Source of the DNA: the human T2T-CHM13v2.0 reference genome, Homo sapiens
Reading direction: 5' to 3' (one strand)
DNA: 64,000 nucleotides
NCBI RefSeq assembly: GCF_009914755.1
Contig: NC_060936.1
Position numbers and translations under genes: made by a program. Shown piece after piece: positions 61,909-64,000 of the stretch. Numbering within the stretch: position 1 is the first letter of the stretch; each line of letters begins with the position of its first letter. Below the pieces are notes generated by a model. The model was not told where the DNA came from and ran no database searches. It was given only the letters and a program-made list of their open reading frames with translations.

Positions 61909-63194
61909 TGCCTTTACTTTTTCACAGAAAAACTTCACCAATTTTAGCAATAATGTCTGACAAAATTCTTGTTAGATTTTTTTCTTAGGTATTTAATAGT
62001 TTATGGTGTTATAGAATATGGTCTTATTTATCTACTTTCATTTTCTAATATTTTGTGGCTGGTGAATTGAAAGCGTTTGCTCTTTTTTTTTTTCAGCTTT
62101 ATTGAGGTATAATTGATACATACCCTAAAGGGCACATGTTTAAAGGTACATGTGTTTCGACATATGTGTTGTATTTATGAAATGACCGTTAAGATAATAA
62201 ACTTGTCCATCATGCCCCAAATTTCTTTGTGTCTTTTGCTTTCTTTGGATTATTGTCCCATATAGGTTCAGTTTCAAAACCTTCGTTATGCCGCTCAGGG
62301 TCCACTCTGCTCATGAGTCACTCAGTCATGAATGTGGGACTTAGATAGTGGTACAAATCATAGTTCAGTTCCCAAATCCTTTGCCACGCTATCTTGGCTT
62401 TGTACTATACTTGTGTAATTAATAGGTGAACCCTGTACTTGTGTCAACTCATATACAGAATTAAGCTATCCTCTTCTCCAACTTTGTCCTCTCTGAAATT
62501 TCCCATATTTTCTCAGCTCCAGAAATCCTTTTTCCTGATTTGTCTGAGAAGGAAAATATGTTTCTCTCAGAGTTTTAGCTGCTCATGCACTGATATCTTT
62601 TTTTCTTTCCTTCTGGATGTTCAGTGAACAAAAGTTTGGCTTATTGATAGCCTTCTGAGTCTATTCACATTTTATTATTTTTTATTTTGTTATTTTAAAA
62701 GTTTTACTGACAAATAATTTTATGCATTTATGGCGTAAAATGTGATATATTGATATATGCATACATTGTAGAAGGATTAAATCAAAGTCATTAACATAGC
62801 CATCAACTCACCTACTTATTTTTTGTGATAAAATATTTAAAATTTACTTTTTTAGCAATTTCAAAATATACAATATATTATTATTAGTTATCATCACTAT
62901 GCTATGGAATAGATTACTAAAACTTATTCCTTCTGTCTAACTAACACTTCGTACCCTCTGACCAATGTCTCCCTTTTCTTCATTACCCCCCTGTACCTTC
63001 AGCCTCTGATAACCACCATTATTCTTGCTGCTTCCATGAGCTCAACTTTTTTAGATTCCAAATATAAATGAGATCATGCAGTATTTTTCCTTCTGTGCCT
63101 GGGTTCTTTTAGTTAGTATAATGTCCTCCACATGTTTCTATGTTGTCACGAATGACAGAAGTTCCTTCTTTTTAAAGGCTGTATAGTATTTCTT

Positions 63195-64000
63195 TTTTTT
63201 GTACATTTTTTATTTTTTATTTTTTATTTTTTTTTCTTAGTTTTTATTACTATTACTATTATTATTATTATTATTATTATACTTTAAATTTTAGGGTACA
63301 TGTGCACAATGTGCAGGTTAGTTACATATGTGTACACGTGACATGCTGGTGCGCTGCACCCACTAACTCATCACCTAGCATTAGGTATATCTCCCAATGC
63401 TATCCCTCCCCACTCCCCGCACCACACAACAGTCCCCAGAGTGTGATGTTCCCCTTCCTGTGTCCATGTGTTCTCATTGTTCAATTCCCACCTATGAGTG
63501 AGAATATGCAGTGTTTGGTTTTTTGTTCTTGCGATAGTTTACTGAGAATGATGATTTCCAATTTCATCCATGTCCCTACAAAGGACATGAACTCATCATT
63601 TTTTATGGCTGCATAGTATTCCATGGTGTATATGTGCCACATTTTCTTAATCCAGTCTATCATTGTTGGACATTTGGGTTGGTTCCAAGTCTTTGCTATT
63701 GTGAATAGTGCTGCAATAAACATACGTGTGCATGTGTCTTTATAGCAGCATGATTTATAGTCCTTTGGATATATACCCAGTAATGGGATGGCTGGGTCAA
63801 ATGGTATTTCCAGTTCTAGATCCCTGAGGCATTGCCACACTGACTTCCACAATGGTTGAACTAGTTTACAGTCCCACCAACAGTGTAAAAGTGTTCCTAT
63901 TTCTCCACATCCTCTCCAGCACCTGTTGTTTCCTGACTTTTTAATGATTGCCATTCTAACTGGTGTGAGATGGTATCACATTGTGGTTTTGACTTGCATT
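63195..64000 (-). mobile_element. Young L1PA 3' end, continuing past the window
   Basis: Open 157-aa ORF2p C-terminus (63481-63954) ending [10 protein letters not shown]; 3' UTR and (TAA)n tail. Confidence 0.95.

Noticed and set aside
63481-63954. 157-aa open ORF
   Set aside because: C-terminus of L1 ORF2p, not a host gene; the element's completeness cannot be judged because it leaves the window

Overview
Primate DNA, almost certainly human, from the natural-killer gene complex (12p13). One protein-coding gene is present: KLRD1 (CD94) on the + strand. Its six coding exons were reconstructed by hand (26871-26877, 28181-28273, 28419-28481, 30257-30408, 32201-32304, 33464-33584; 540 nt, 179 aa, Ala25 allele). 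Intron 4 is GC-AG with a NAGNAG acceptor, and there are two candidate GAS/ETS promoters. The rest is mostly transposon-derived: about 25 Alus, L1 fragments, two near-full-length Tigger1 copies, several solo LTRs, a two-LTR MaLR and a 5.7 kb HERV-H provirus on the - strand. Nearly all ORFs in the supplied track are repeat-derived or chance. The most unusual signals are (1) a ~338 bp, ~97% identical inverted duplication of essentially unique sequence bracketing the last KLRD1 exon and its proximal poly(A) signals, (2) a tRNA-Phe-complementary tag after the 3' LTR of a HERV-H whose real PBS is His, (3) a probable Alu-derived first exon with uORFs at the distal promoter, and (4) a head-to-head AluY pair 30 bp apart in the GC-AG intron. 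Repeat subfamily names are from memory of consensus sequences and repeat boundaries are approximate. I cannot establish from the sequence alone that any finding is undescribed.
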